A stretch of 63,394 nucleotides of DNA, filler included, from Choristocarpus tenellus KU-1152 (lineage: Eukaryota; Protista; Phaeophyceae), in assembly GCA_964200185.2 (NCBI GenBank). It is 12 parts of 12 records of this genome, joined end to end, with 100 filler letters (N's around TTAATTAATTAA, not from the genome) between each part and the next. Parts side by side here need not be neighbours in the genome. Positions count along the whole stretch, not along the records: positions 8,732 to 14,518 come from CAXNAD020009757.1; positions 14,619 to 18,489 come from CAXNAD020017469.1; positions 18,590 to 22,013 come from CAXNAD020020126.1; positions 22,114 to 29,816 come from CAXNAD020005722.1; 8 more parts are not named here. One strand, 5' to 3'. Shown in pieces: positions 13,801-26,102 of the stretch (the stretch's first letter is position 1; every line of letters begins with the position of its first letter). The position numbers and the translations under genes are program-made. The notes under the pieces are model-generated. The model was not told the origin of the DNA. It saw nothing but the letters and a program-made list of their open reading frames with translations, and did not search any database.

Positions 13801-14654
13801 AGCTCCGACAGTGTTTTTTTCTAATGAGATGAAGGGGGTATGACGTTGAATACAGATATTAACGCCTGGAGTACTGATAGCTAAATATTCTAATTATAGA
13901 TCGTGTTGTTATTGACAACCTCTAAACTATATCTTTGCAAGTTGTGGTCCAGGAGAAATCTGAACAAACCTGCTCCCAGCTCCTCAGCATTTTCATGCTG
14001 TAATCGATTACTAGAGAATTCATCTCCCTCTGCTCTTTTTTGTAACGTGCAAAGAACACGCATTGGGTACAGAAAATAGTTCAACACATTGCAAGAGTGC
14101 CTGCTGGGTAGACCCATGGGAGCCGTGCTGGGGGGGACGAGGAGAAGGACAACTCCTGCCATAGTAGTAGCCACAGTAGAACCAGAAGGAACCGCACAGA
14201 TAGGAGAAGAGTGTATGTTCTATGCAAGGGTTGTGTGTCTGGGTAATTCTGTGGGGTTGTGCTGGGGGTAAGGAGGGAGAGAAGCTCCACCAGCCACCAG
14301 TCATGGTGCTCTAGGAGCACCAGGAGGAAAGGCACAGGGGGGGAGGTGCCTGGGTCGCAAGAATGGGCTGAATTTAAGGGCTGTGCTAGGGGTATCTAAA
14401 CCTACCTGTGCATAACTTGATTATTGAACCAAACGTACACCTGTGGCTGTGGGATCTGTGCATAGAACAGCCGATTTCAAAAATTGAGGATGGAGCTTTT
14501 CATTGAGGATGGGCTTGANNNNNNNNNNNNNNNNNNNNNNNNNNNNNNNNNNNNNNNNNNNNTTAATTAATTAANNNNNNNNNNNNNNNNNNNNNNNNNN
14601 NNNNNNNNNNNNNNNNNNGCCGATATGCAAGCCCCCCCCCCCCAGATACGTTGA

Positions 14655-14756
14655 CCGTTTGGAGTAGGAAAATGTCATAAGAATACGCCATGGGAAGTGA
14701 AGCCCCAAATGGACAAACAGGGCAAAACTCGTACCCTCTAAGATATATTTTCACTC
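14655..14756 (+). mobile_element. Partial family A MITE (right part) next to a ccccagatacgttgacc terminus
   Basis: Matches 53995-54092. Confidence 0.8.
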
Positions 14757-15161
14757 ACACTCCAATGTAGCCCGTGCGTTCTGTAATTACCTGAAGGAGG
14801 GATTAGCGCTTGAAGACTAGGCATAGTGAAGCATATGGTCACCATATGCTTCCGAAATCACATATTTGCATCGAAGTCAGAGAGACGTGGTGTTCACCAG
14901 TTCCACCGAAGTTCCGAACTGGTGACGCACACGTCCTCCCATCAAGAGCAGAATGAAACCTAACGACGAAGTTCGTGTCCTCCGATACCCGCATTCCGAT
15001 ATGTATCGGAACTAAGTGATGTTCCTTTCAGTTTCTGTTTCCGATCCCAACCCTAGCACCTGTCCCAATCCTAGCGCTTTGCCCCAACCCTAACATCATC
15101 CCTTACCCTTACACAATAATGAAATTATGCCAAGTCATGTTTCGCTCTTCCTTCATCTGCT

Positions 15162-15520
15162 CGCCTAATGTCATTTTTGCAATACTTTACCGTACGACAA
15201 AGAATGGCAAAAGTTGTGGCGGTTCATATACCAACTGATTTGAAACCACACGCCTCACGTTTTTTTGCCATGCTTTTCCGTACGACAAAGTCTGGCAATA
15301 GTTGCGGCTGTCCACATACCAACTTATTTGAAGCCACAAGCGCCATGCCATTTTTGCCGTACTTTGTCCTACGACAAAGTGTGGCGGAAGTTGCGGCGGT
15401 CCATATACCAACTTTTTTCAAGTCGCAAGCCTTATGACATTTTTTCCATACTTTACCGTACGACAAAGTATGGCAAAAGTTGTGGCTGTCCACATACCAA
15501 CCTCTTTGAAGCCACACGCC
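15162..15520. repeat. Four tandem ~89-bp units, each containing a ~38-bp palindrome
   Basis: Consensus ttttgccatacttt(gt)cgtacgacaaagtatggcaaaa followed by tgtggc...gccaca. Units end near 15254, 15344, 15431 and 15520. Confidence 0.9.
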
Positions 15521-15763
15521 TCCAAACCATCGTCCTCGACTTTCCACAAAACTCAATTGCAATCTCATATCCCCTATAGAGAAAGAGGCGCATACAGTGA
15601 ATGGTATGTGCATGTGGGGATATGTATTGACCGACATCTCATGAAACGTTCAGTATCCCTTTCACCACAAAACATAGTTTACCTTTTGACAGAACACGTC
15701 AATTGTGGTACATACATATGCTAATATTGTCTGGGCGACGCCCACCACGCATTTGTGTCCACT

Positions 15764-15940
15764 GACCCAAAGTATCTGGGGGGGGGGGGGTCTACAGGCG
15801 AGTGTCCATTTGGACCCAAACGAGGAAAAGTACACTTTCATTATCATCCATGTTACAGAGCCAAATCACCAAAAAAATTGTGACATGCAAAAATTGACCC
15901 CAAATAGACAGTCACAACCTCCCCCCCAGATACTTCTAGC
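15764..15940 (+). mobile_element. ~180-bp MITE (family B; gacccaaagtatctggggg...cccccagatact)
   Basis: Homologous to 52347-52524 and 63097-63283. Flanked by cact/cact if the right terminus lost one base. Confidence 0.8.
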
Positions 15941-15949
15941 CACTGTTTC

Positions 15950-17360
15950 CCCAAAAATAATCAGATCAAAACACACACTCTACCGTTCGATAAACTACCC
16001 CAATTCAATTCGTCCTACATGCTTCATGGAACATGTTCATAACCTTCTAGATGTGGCTCGTGATTGACCGCATACGCAAAACACACCTTTTCAGGATATT
16101 CTAATCGGGGCGGTTTTCAGTTCTTGATGTATCAAACACACCCTTCTCCATGCTTTCAACGTGGCGTGTGTCATCCAACATGGCCGTACTCCGTGAAACC
16201 TTATTGTGACCAAACATTATGCAAGCCCCTTCCCCCGAACAAGATGCAGAATTATCTATGTTCGCATCATGAAGATCGATCACTACTGTCAAAGGGAAAC
16301 AAACCCACCAACTCATATCGTAACATCGCTTGGATCCCACTCAAGAAACGGGGACTAAAGAGACTGCCCAAGTCCAGTGCCACTCTTTCGTGGAAGAAAA
16401 CCAAAATGGATCAGATCAAGGACCTTTCCCTCTCTGTGTTTGTCAACCGCGATGGTCTAGAAGAGATGGAAGGAAGTAGTCGCACTTGGAACGACCTTGC
16501 CTCTTGGTTGTTGGATGACAAAAGCAGATTTGCATCGTTGGCAAGCACGGTGCGAGTTGTGCTGGCTCGGGAATAATGCGAGTCCACACCTGATCTCCAG
16601 GTCAAGACATTCCTAGAATGTGTAAAGAAAGATCTTAGCACTGAGCACACCCGCCAGGTATATAAATCCATCTTCGTCAGCATAGCTCCTGATGTTGAAA
16701 TAGGCGATGACGTGGTGACATCGACGTTTCAACCCCTTCTGTCCGTCACAGCAAGAAAATACGACATCAACGTCGACACACTAAGGTCATCTGCCAAGAA
16801 ACGTGCGGAATTCATGTGAGACATGCGGCGACAGGCAAGCCCCTCCACATCGGCCGCACATAACGCTGGAGGATCGTTTCCCGTATCCGATACCCACGCC
16901 CCTCACTGCTCTCCTCAAGGCACCGCCCAGAGGTATGGAAGTTCGTTCTCATCAACCATCAAAGGTGTGACACATACAACTTGGCCCCCGAGCGAACATG
17001 TCCACTGTATGTTGAAGAACAATTTCATCACTAACAGATGCTCGGATGATCTCTCATATCCTGGTGCGCAACTGACACATGCCCCACGTCTCCCATCGTT
17101 ACCTCAGACAAAACTGCAGATCAAGGGTATTCGACATGGGAAGGGACAGCTCCTCACAACAGTTCGATGTGTAGCATCCTCCTGATACACATGTTCTTGG
17201 CATCACCGTATGGGAGAGCAGCAGCACCGCTATGCCCTACGATCCGGTCACATCTCATGATTCCACTCAGGGCATGCACTACTTAGACCCACATACGAAC
17301 AAGAGAGTTTGCCGCCCGGATTCACTGTGCCAATAGAATGCTCACAGGTACTCCACACTA
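15950..17360 (+). pseudogene. Decayed coding region, probably a DNA-transposon ORF relic
   Basis: The 16064-16576 frame continues through isolated stops into 16823-17185. It lies next to the palindromic array and carries nested MITEs. No catalytic motif recognised. Confidence 0.35.
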
Positions 17361-17362
17361 GC

Positions 17363-18062
17363 GAGTCAAAGTATCTTAGAGGGTAGAGTCTGTTGAACTA
17401 TCCCACACTGGACCCGCGGCTATTATGGTGCTTTAATGAAGGACAAAGAACAGCTTGATATGGATGAACAAAGTTGGTATTACAAGGGCCTTTGTGGTCT
17501 CGATTCCGCTGACTGAGAAGGTGGCCAAGACTAGTGCAGCCTACCATGTGGGATTTGCAACGTCCACATGGATAATCAGAAAATAATCGTATCTAATTAT
17601 CATACGTTCCATATATGGTATAGCAACTGATGATCCAATATCAGGTCCCTACCATACATGAACTACTACCATACATGAACGTTGTGTAGAGTTCAACCGA
17701 AATATACGGAAACATATATCCATCTGGCTCTACCTTTCCTCCATTACTCCACCAGTGGTGTCTGCATTTCCTAATCTACTCCACCGATGGTGTCTATAGT
17801 GTGCCAACAGCACTATATCTACGAACAGAGTCGCGTCCATTTGGGGGCCAAAATCCAATGTTCCGATTTTGATGTAGTTTTGGCTATCGTGTTTGTTAGG
17901 AAGAGTCAATATCCTTGTTCGGATACAACTTTTCATAACGTATACATTTTACCTACCCCGAAACAGTTTGGAGTAGGAAAATATCATAAAAATACCCATA
18001 GGAAGCCAAGCCCCAAATGGACAAACAGGGCAAAACTTGGACCCTCAAAGATACTTTCACTC
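17363..18062 (+). mobile_element. Family A MITE with TAGC 4-bp TSD, interrupted by a solo LTR
   Basis: gagtcaaagtatcttagaggg...ctcaaagatactttcactc, with tagc at 17359-17362 and 18063-18066. Confidence 0.9.
17391..17827. mobile_element. Solo LTR (437 bp, TGTT...AACA) with 5-bp TSD GAGTC
   Basis: gagtc at 17386-17390 and 17828-17832. Removing the insert restores the MITE sequence seen at 44274. Confidence 0.85.
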
Positions 18063-19760
18063 TAGCAACTGTCATCCTCACAAGTATTGCACATATCTAC
18101 CCTCGAAACTTTATGGGTTAATCGTTATAATATGTTCATCCTGGACCAACAAAGCTTTAACATAACACTATGTATACATGGTGCAACCGACGTGACAATA
18201 GGTCACAGATTGGGACAGATGAGGTTGTCTACGCCAACTTCAGGGAGAGATTCGAACGGGAGGGGATGTCAGGACCAATACCTTGTCTGTCGACATTCGT
18301 GAAGTTGTGACCGTTCTACATAACAAAGGCCACGCCAAGGTGTGTGCGGAAATAGTCTTTCGATTTTTAGGACACATACTACAGTGATGCTAGGGTAAGT
18401 CTATGTTTCCTAACTGCCACAGGGTACCCAGTCACATACTGCATCATCCATGTCCACACACAAGGGGTGCTAACCCATCGTATCCCTCCNNNNNNNNNNN
18501 NNNNNNNNNNNNNNNNNNNNNNNNNNNNNNNNNTTAATTAATTAANNNNNNNNNNNNNNNNNNNNNNNNNNNNNNNNNNNNNNNNNNNNCGCACGTCTCA
18601 AGTTTGAAATGTCAGCAAAAAAAAGAGTTGTTTAACCAAAACGGACGCCCCCTCACAAACCACCCCCACCCCCCCAGATACTTTGACCCAATCGTCAAAA
18701 TAGGAGTATATGTTTGTATAATAGTAGTATATATTGATACAGTGCAGGTAGACTGCATGACAAGGGAAAATGCGCACTCTCTGTCTCTTGCTTATTTTTA
18801 CGTCTCCATTCCAGCAAGAGAAAGCTTGATCTAACTTTGTTTCTATCTCAATACTATAGTTTTTGTTACGTACTCCAGTATTTTGATCTGTATGCAGTAC
18901 ATAGAAGATGAAGCGTGCATGGAGATCATCCATCTCTCAAGCATTAATAATACTTTGATGCATAATGTCATCTGACTTCTTCCAGGATTCTGAGGGACTA
19001 CATGTTGCGCTACTTGTAATATACAACTCCGAAGTAGTACCACGCAGCAGTAGATGGATACTGTGTGCTGTGATGATGGATTCTTCTTTTGAAATCCTAA
19101 GAATGTACTTGGTCCCAAATCTTCAACTCGTTACAAGATGAAGTACCACGTCTTACTCAAACCAGACTGTCCGTGTTGAACACAAAATGGAAATGGGGCC
19201 ATGAAATTACCATGTACTACTATGAAATGAGACCACCACCATCTATTGAAGGGGAGAAAAGGTTTTGCGCTCACTCACCTTCTTTTGTAGTAAATGATCG
19301 GTAGGTTCCTAGGAGAAAGATACGACACATTTTCTTCTTGCTTCTCATCATTTCGTGCTGATGTTCAGACCAGCTTGCATGTTGTTTGCTTTGTGTGGGC
19401 CAATGGGTCATGACTGTCTATACCGCAGTATATAGTGTTGGCTGTAGTAGAGAGTCACTAATGTACCAATCTTCGCCGTGTTGGTGTGGGCGATAAATAC
19501 TTTTGCTTGGGTGCCTGGCAGATTTTTTTTTTCAATTTCCAGGTTGGTTTTATCAACTCCTTAGGATGTCAACAAGCCAGGTAACCCCGGATATATAGAG
19601 GAATACGCGTGAAACTGTTCTTTCCACTTTTTGTTTGTATACCCACTATCGTTTTGAAGATAAGTAAGTGTTGTCGTCGTGGGTTTGACAAGAAGCAACA
19701 GAAGGAGAGGAAGAGAAAAAATAATGCACCAACAACAGTAGTCTCTAGCCTATATTTATA

Positions 19761-20107
19761 CTCCCTGTGTCCCATAAGTTTGTTCCTTTATAGCATATAC
19801 CTCTGTCGGGATGACCCCCGATTTCAAAACAGATTTCTGCGTTGGACTCCTTGGAAAATTTCACGTAAGATGAGTTATATTCGCAAAAAATATCCCGAAA
19901 TTGTTCTGCAAATATGAAACAGAGGTTAGGCGAGCATAGGCCGACAAGAAGGCACTGAATTGGAGGATTGACGGCGTTGAATGAACGCGAGGAGATGTAA
20001 TCTAATGCAAAACACGTCAAGGAATCCAATGCAAAAACCGTTTTGAAATCGGAGGTCATCCCGAAGGGTTACGTGCATAAAGGAACAGACTTGAGGGACA
20101 GAGGGAG
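19761..20107 (+). mobile_element. Stowaway-like (Tc1/mariner) MITE with TA TSD
   Basis: TA-CTCCCTGTGTCCC...GGGACAGAGGGAG-TA with ~100-bp imperfect TIRs. Homologs at 34013-34397, 33786-33920 and 20175-20293. Confidence 0.8.
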
Positions 20108-21312
20108 TACAAAAATAAGCTAGAAAAAAACGAGTAGCCTATGTTTCAGCACAATCCAGACCATCCTATACTCTTCAAGTATGACTTGTATTACGTAAAA
20201 GTTTCCGAGGAATCCACCGCAAAAAGCCGTTTTGAAATCGGAGGTCATCCCAAAGGGGTACATGCATAAAGGAACAGACCTCTGGGACAGAGGCATTGAG
20301 GTACATTATTGTCACTGATGTTTGCAGATAATATATTGATTATTTGAACTTGCAAATCCACTCAGGAAACACCATCCGTGAACCACACTGATCTTTGAGA
20401 AAGAGAGTGCTGCATAAATCAGATATCTCTTTCCGCTCTCCAACTACTTCGTATGTTTTTCATCCCTTTTCTCCAGTGACTGTCCAATCAACTAAGACCT
20501 TAAACCGGAACAGGTAAATATTTCCGGACTGGGCTCCAGGTCAGCCTCCTTGAAACACATAGTACGTAGCATATTTCATCAGGAGGGGCCCAGGGTCATC
20601 AGAGATCTCAACTGGACTGGGACCTGGGTCAGCCTTGGGAGACACGGTAAAAAAATCCTGGTCCTGGAGGACCATCAGGGATTCAATCAGACAACAAAAG
20701 TACTGAAGATCATCAAGTTCAACGACCCTACGTCAATAAACACATAGGAGGATTAAGATCGCACATCCACTTAAGCAATGCAATATACCTTCACTTGATC
20801 AAATAATTGTCTAACCACAAATTCAACCTCATTTCCCAACATTGAACTCTGAAACCCAATCAACTACCTCACAATACAGGCACTACGTGAAGGTCTGTCC
20901 CTAAACCGACTTTGAGGTAGGACTCAACATCCGTGTCTGATTCTCGACCAAAACATCAATCCTTCAACTTTAACTATCACCCCTTACTCTTACTTTATTG
21001 ACCAGTTTTGTGTATTGTCTGATTTTGTTATCCCTTAGAGATGACATACTCAATTCCATCCAGGTTGACCATCTCTAGTCTTGCCTTTTGTCTTTTGTCT
21101 TCTAAATGGAGAAAATCCCATATCGTATGGTACTTTGAAAAACATCTCCCAAGATTTGGGAAACCCCTGTTTATTGTTCTTTTTCCACTCTATGAAACCA
21201 AGTGTGTACTAGGAAAGTTGACTGTTTGCATGACTGGAAAAATAAACAAATCTGACTAAAATATATACCGCCTGTACTAAGTAGGTATCGCATGAGTGGC
21301 TATATCTGCACA

Positions 21313-22013
21313 CTCTATTTTTTATTTTTTATTATGCCCTCTGATATACACTTAATTTGTTTTTACACTTAATCACCATGTAATTATATATTTTTGTACC
21401 ACCATAATGATACTACTAGATAATAATATAATACTACTAGATAACATTTTTCACTTTTGAGACAACTGTTACCTCCTTAGAGATTTTTCAGATATGTAAA
21501 TAGTTTTCATTAGTTTTTCCTCCGCCACATCTCCAAAATGTTAGAGGGCATAATAATAAAATAATAAAATATCTCTTCTGTGTTATTCTAGAAATGGTGA
21601 GTATGCGTGTCCTATGTAGAATTTCATCGTAAATGGCAAGAACTCTTGCATCCGGTTTGCTGACTTGTTTGGGGTTTGGTAGGGATTCACCATTGGATCT
21701 TGCTGTCGGTCATGTTATCGTACGAAGGTTGGATGAATGGAATGTATATGTCACAAGTACGAATTCATCATGCGTACAGATCATCCATGCAACTATGTCG
21801 AACTCTGGTCTCTTAGGTATGTATTTTTTTAAATTATGATGCCCTTTGACATTTTGGAGATGTACCAGGGGAAAAACTAACAAAAATTATTTACATATTT
21901 ATATTATTGTGCCCTCTGACATTTTGCAAATGTGTCAGGGGGGAAACCACTGAAAACTATACATATGTGTCAGGGGGAAACCAATGAAAACTATATACAT
22001 ATGTGCTACATAA
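21313..22013. repeat. Cluster of 4-5 short CRE-like 3' tail copies in both orientations
   Basis: ttattatgccctctga... at about 21330, 21835 and 21905 (-). Full + copy at 21447-21570 ends gagggcataataataaaataataaaat. Confidence 0.75.
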
Positions 22014-22199
22014 NNNNNNNNNNNNNNNNNNNNNNNNNNNNNNNNNNNNNNNNNNNNTTAATTAATTAANNNNNNNNNNNNNNNNNNNNNNNNNNNNNNN
22101 NNNNNNNNNNNNNATGATTCCTCTTCCTTCGTAGTCTATGTATCATATACAATGCATTCGATTCAGGTTTCAACAGGGGTTTTACTAGTGTTTCAACAT

Positions 22200-22589
22200 A
22201 TTGTGTCATTTGCTGTTCCATCCATTGCATTCTCCGTGATTGCTATGCGTCTTTGGTCCAAGCAAAAATATGGCAGTGCTTGCAACCGTGTGAAGGTCCT
22301 CCAGTATTTCGCTCACCTCTTCGCCATCAAGGACAAGCTGATGGGCAATGCCATTCCGTGGATCCCCACTGGGGGTGGAGCAGCTTCTCGTTCTTCCTCT
22401 TCTGCATATGACAGTGCTATGAAGCCCATGGTTATTTGGGTCACCTTGCATACTGCATTTGTCGTTGCTGGCACTGCATGGCGCTATATGCAGTTCCCTT
22501 GGTATCACTTCTTACCCACATTAGTCCTTGCCCTTGGCAACTACATTCAGAGCATCAGTATTTTGTTTTCATGCCATTGTTTCGTATAA
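22200..22589 (+). CDS. C-terminal transmembrane region of a GT2 cellulose-synthase-like glycosyltransferase (partial, possibly disrupted)
   Basis: SFAVPSIAFSVIAMRLW...YFAHLFAIKDKLMG..IPWIPTG resembles the HLFAxxD...WxPTG segment of CesA-like GT2 proteins (recalled motif). Two more TM helices follow, then a stop. Confidence 0.55.
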   Translation: MVSFAVPSIAFSVIAMRLWSKQKYGSACNRVKVLQYFAHLFAIKDKLMGNAIPWIPTGGGAASRSSSSAYDSAMKPMVIWVTLHTAFVVAGTAWRYMQFPWYHFLPTLVLALGNYIQSISILFSCHCFV

Positions 22590-23949
22590 CAACTTCGGTG
22601 ATGATGACCTAACCTGGATCCCAATTTCTTCCATAGAGTTTGAAACCTCTCTCGTAGAGCTCTACACCTTTAAGGTTCAGTGAGTGGTGGGGGTTCCCAG
22701 ATTTCTCATCGAGGTTACAACGAATGTTTGGTTATTCCTTTTTAAGCTTTTGCGTTGACCTTTTAAGAATTGTTGGTTGTTGTTCTTTCGATACCAGTTT
22801 TCTTGGGTGGTTTGTTTACTGTGTTATAGTTGAGCACTCGAATATTCTTTCGATTGTGTATACTGGATCTCTAAAGGTTCTGCCTGTGTGTGGAATGTAT
22901 TTTCGTTAGTGATTGAATAGTATTGTGCTGAATTGAAGAGGTTTGCCAAGGTGTGTCACTTGGTGTAGTAGTAAATTTAGTGTGTAGTGCTAAGTTGAAA
23001 TAGTGTTTGTTTGTCTTCAACATTCATACATACATACATAGCTGTGAGAATGTTCAACCTGTATTTTGTTTCCCATTTTGGAAGTTATGTTGTGGTTTCT
23101 ACAGAACAAAGGTGTTTTGTTCACACTTGTTTGTTCAAGTAGATCTTATTTTTGTGCTCATATATAAATAATAACTAGGGAGGAAAATGATTTTGAGCCT
23201 CCCCTCCAAAATCCAGATTCAAGAATTCAGCATCACCGCTTCGTGCAAGGTAGGAAAAACGTATTTCCATAGGAAGTGTTAAAAATATTGTGTGAAGTTT
23301 AGGTTTGATTACTTGGGTGTACTATTGACTCCTCCAGCTGTGACAATGTGGATGCATGTTGAGAGGTAAATATACTGCACAAGGAGTTTTGTTGTAGGAC
23401 CTTGTTGATACTGGTAGCGTTATTTTTTTTTTCTCCTTTAGGTGCTGGTGCCTTAGAAACGGGACCTCTCTCTCCCCATGCCCTCACTAATTTTTTCCGT
23501 GTTTTGTATTTGTTGAGTTTTTATTCAGTTTTTTTGAGAGGTTGATATGGTACTTGTTTGCCTTCAGCAATGTTCAGCATACAAAAATAGGTATGAGGAT
23601 GTATATTTTTCCATGCTCGAGTATTCTGTTTCACATTTTGGAAGTGATCGTACACTTTCTACACAACGGAAGTGATATATTCACGTTTTTTATTCAAGTA
23701 GTTTTGTTAATTTGTGGGTTTATATGGTAACAATAGCTTATGCCTTTGGGGTTGTCCCGTCCTAACCTTTGATGTAGTAATCGGATTCAAACAATAAAAA
23801 CATATTCATGATGCCCATCACAACGCCCTCCAGACTACGGGCTTCGTTTTTTTCTTGCCCTTTTTGTTTTTATGGAGAAAGAGCGCTAATATTGGGGTTC
23901 AAACCCTGGATTGCAGGTCACCATGAGTGGCAACAGCTACACTATATCT

Positions 23950-24250
23950 TCAATAAGTATAGGGTTTCGGCGGGAAAAAAGCTTCCCCACCCTTTCTTCC
24001 TGTGTGTTCGCGCACTCATTCTTTGACCTCGACAAGGATATCCTCGTCGAGGCCCAGAACGAAACGCCTCTCGTCGCGCCCTTGCTCCGACACCTTCATG
24101 TGACCCTTAGTTAGGAAGTCTCCCTCATACTTAAAGTTTCCTGCCTGACCATCGTACATCCTGCTGCCATCTCGAGCGCTGTTTGACAGTCTTTCGTCGT
24201 TCATACACAGGTACAGGATTCGTAGTGTTAGCGCCTTTACTATCGCATTT
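23950..24250 (-). pseudogene. Possible DDE-transposase N-terminal relic
   Basis: FLTKGHMKVSEQGRDERRFVLGLDEDILVEVKE*VREH resembles the SxxGxH...DED...WxRxH segment of eukaryotic transposases. Contains an in-frame stop. Confidence 0.35.
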
Positions 24251-25557
24251 CCTTGTTGAGTGCCAGAAGGGGGTTACCATGTTATGCAATTTCCATTCCA
24301 TGAGTTAGGCATTTAGACTGTGGTATCGGATACATATTTCCTACCAGGCAGAGTCGTCAGCGTATCATATATCATGCTCAAATTGAGGATTAGACCTGTT
24401 TTATTATTTGTTTAAAAGAGCGTGTCTGCTACAAGGTTTAGACAACTAAAATATACTACATCAATCAAACAACTCTTCTCCATCTTCTCAGCTAACCTTT
24501 CCAAACAATTCGCAAGGGCCTGCGATGGATACTCTGTCCTTCTCAAAGCCACTATTTATTCCTTGAACACTATAACGCACCTCCCCCTTTCTTCTCAATA
24601 CTCTGTGCACCACCTCATGCTTTATCCAAGTGTCAACAAACTAGAACCGATCTCGTCCTCCTTCGAATCTTCGAGGATCATATACCGAAGTCCATGCACG
24701 ATGCTCCTAAGTACAGCACCAACCTAGGACCTCTGGAAGTGTACCATAAATTACTTTCAGAGAAACGTACGACAATAGACCTTGACCAATAACCACTCGT
24801 ATACACCTCCAGATTCCGTCCACACATTACATGAGAGATATAATACACTAAACCGAAAACAAAACTTGACCCTTTTCCCTTCCTTCATACCAACAACTTC
24901 AACCCTAACACCCTCAGCGACAACCACGTCTCTTTCCATACTAAATCCGACACATGCACACAAATAAAACGAAGTATTACATTTAAACAGTACATGATAT
25001 ATTTTGGTTCCTCGTGCACACACCGGGAGAACAGGCCCCAACTGACAGTCCTCTTTGTGTACATACCAGTACATACCAGACACGACTCATGCAAGCAAAT
25101 AAACGAAACAACAACCTCGCAGCAGCTCATAGTTTTTTTTTTATTCCTCATCCTAACAGGGGGAAAACACACCCTAACCGACAGCCCTCATTATGTGCTA
25201 ACCAAATGCCACTCATGTAGCCAAACAAACCAATATCCAGCCCTGGAACAACCTAACCCATATCTCTTATTCTTCATCGTAACTGCACGACCAACATACA
25301 TAAACCAATAATCCAGTTTGAACAGACTCGAAATCCGACACATGCAAACGTCGAACCTCCCAAGCAAAGCCAAATAAATGGTGGCATATAGTCTCATTCC
25401 TCTTGCGTACACAAGGACAGAAAGGAACCTAACCAACAGTCTTCTTCCTTTTGCCGACATTTCAAATCCGACCCGAGCGACCAAATCACACCAAAAAGTG
25501 AAAATCGAAAAAAGGGTGGAAAAACTGACGCCGACACCCCCCCCCCAGATACTTTGA

Positions 25558-26070
25558 CCCAAACGGAAGTCGTTTCCATACAAACTTGCCTTTATGGGTG
25601 ACAAAAGCAATCTTGTCAATGTCTGCTTCCACTACAGGAATTTGATGATATGCTAATTAAAACGTCTACAACAGAAAGCAATTTTGCTGCACCAATAGAA
25701 TCAAGAAGTTCTTCAGCTAAAGGCATGGGCCAAGAACGTTTAATGAGATATTTATTTATGGTCCTTCGATAATCAATGCAGAATCTTGGGGTCCCATCTG
25801 CTTTGGCTACGATAGTAACAAGGGGACCCCTTGGGCTAGACCAAGCTTCAATTAGTCCTTGGTTTGTACATCTTCAACACATTTATCAACAATACCTCTA
25901 ATATTTGGGTTGGTTCAATATGGTGCCCGACTACTAGGTCTGGTACCTGGTTTGAGAGAAAAGTCGGCTTCAGCAATTGTGCAAGTTCCCAATTCAGAGG
26001 TGTCGAGGGAAAATGCTGAACGGAAATTGGCACAAAGATTTAGTGTTTCTTGTATTTGAGGTGAAGAGAA
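25558..26070 (-). mobile_element. Degenerate Ty3/gypsy reverse transcriptase fragment (not called as such in the ORF track)
   Basis: FSLDTSELGTC...RAPY*TNP...VTIVAKADGTPRFCIDYRRTINK..WPMP..EELLDSIG...AYHQIPV...DKIAFVTHKGKFVWKRLPFG, with frameshifts. Confidence 0.88.
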
Positions 26071-26102
26071 AGGATGACGATAGCAGGTTTCAACGCATGA
26101 TC

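Noticed and set aside
15162-15520. CRISPR-like array
   Set aside because: Whole units are repeated, with no unique spacers and no cas genes. The context is eukaryotic.
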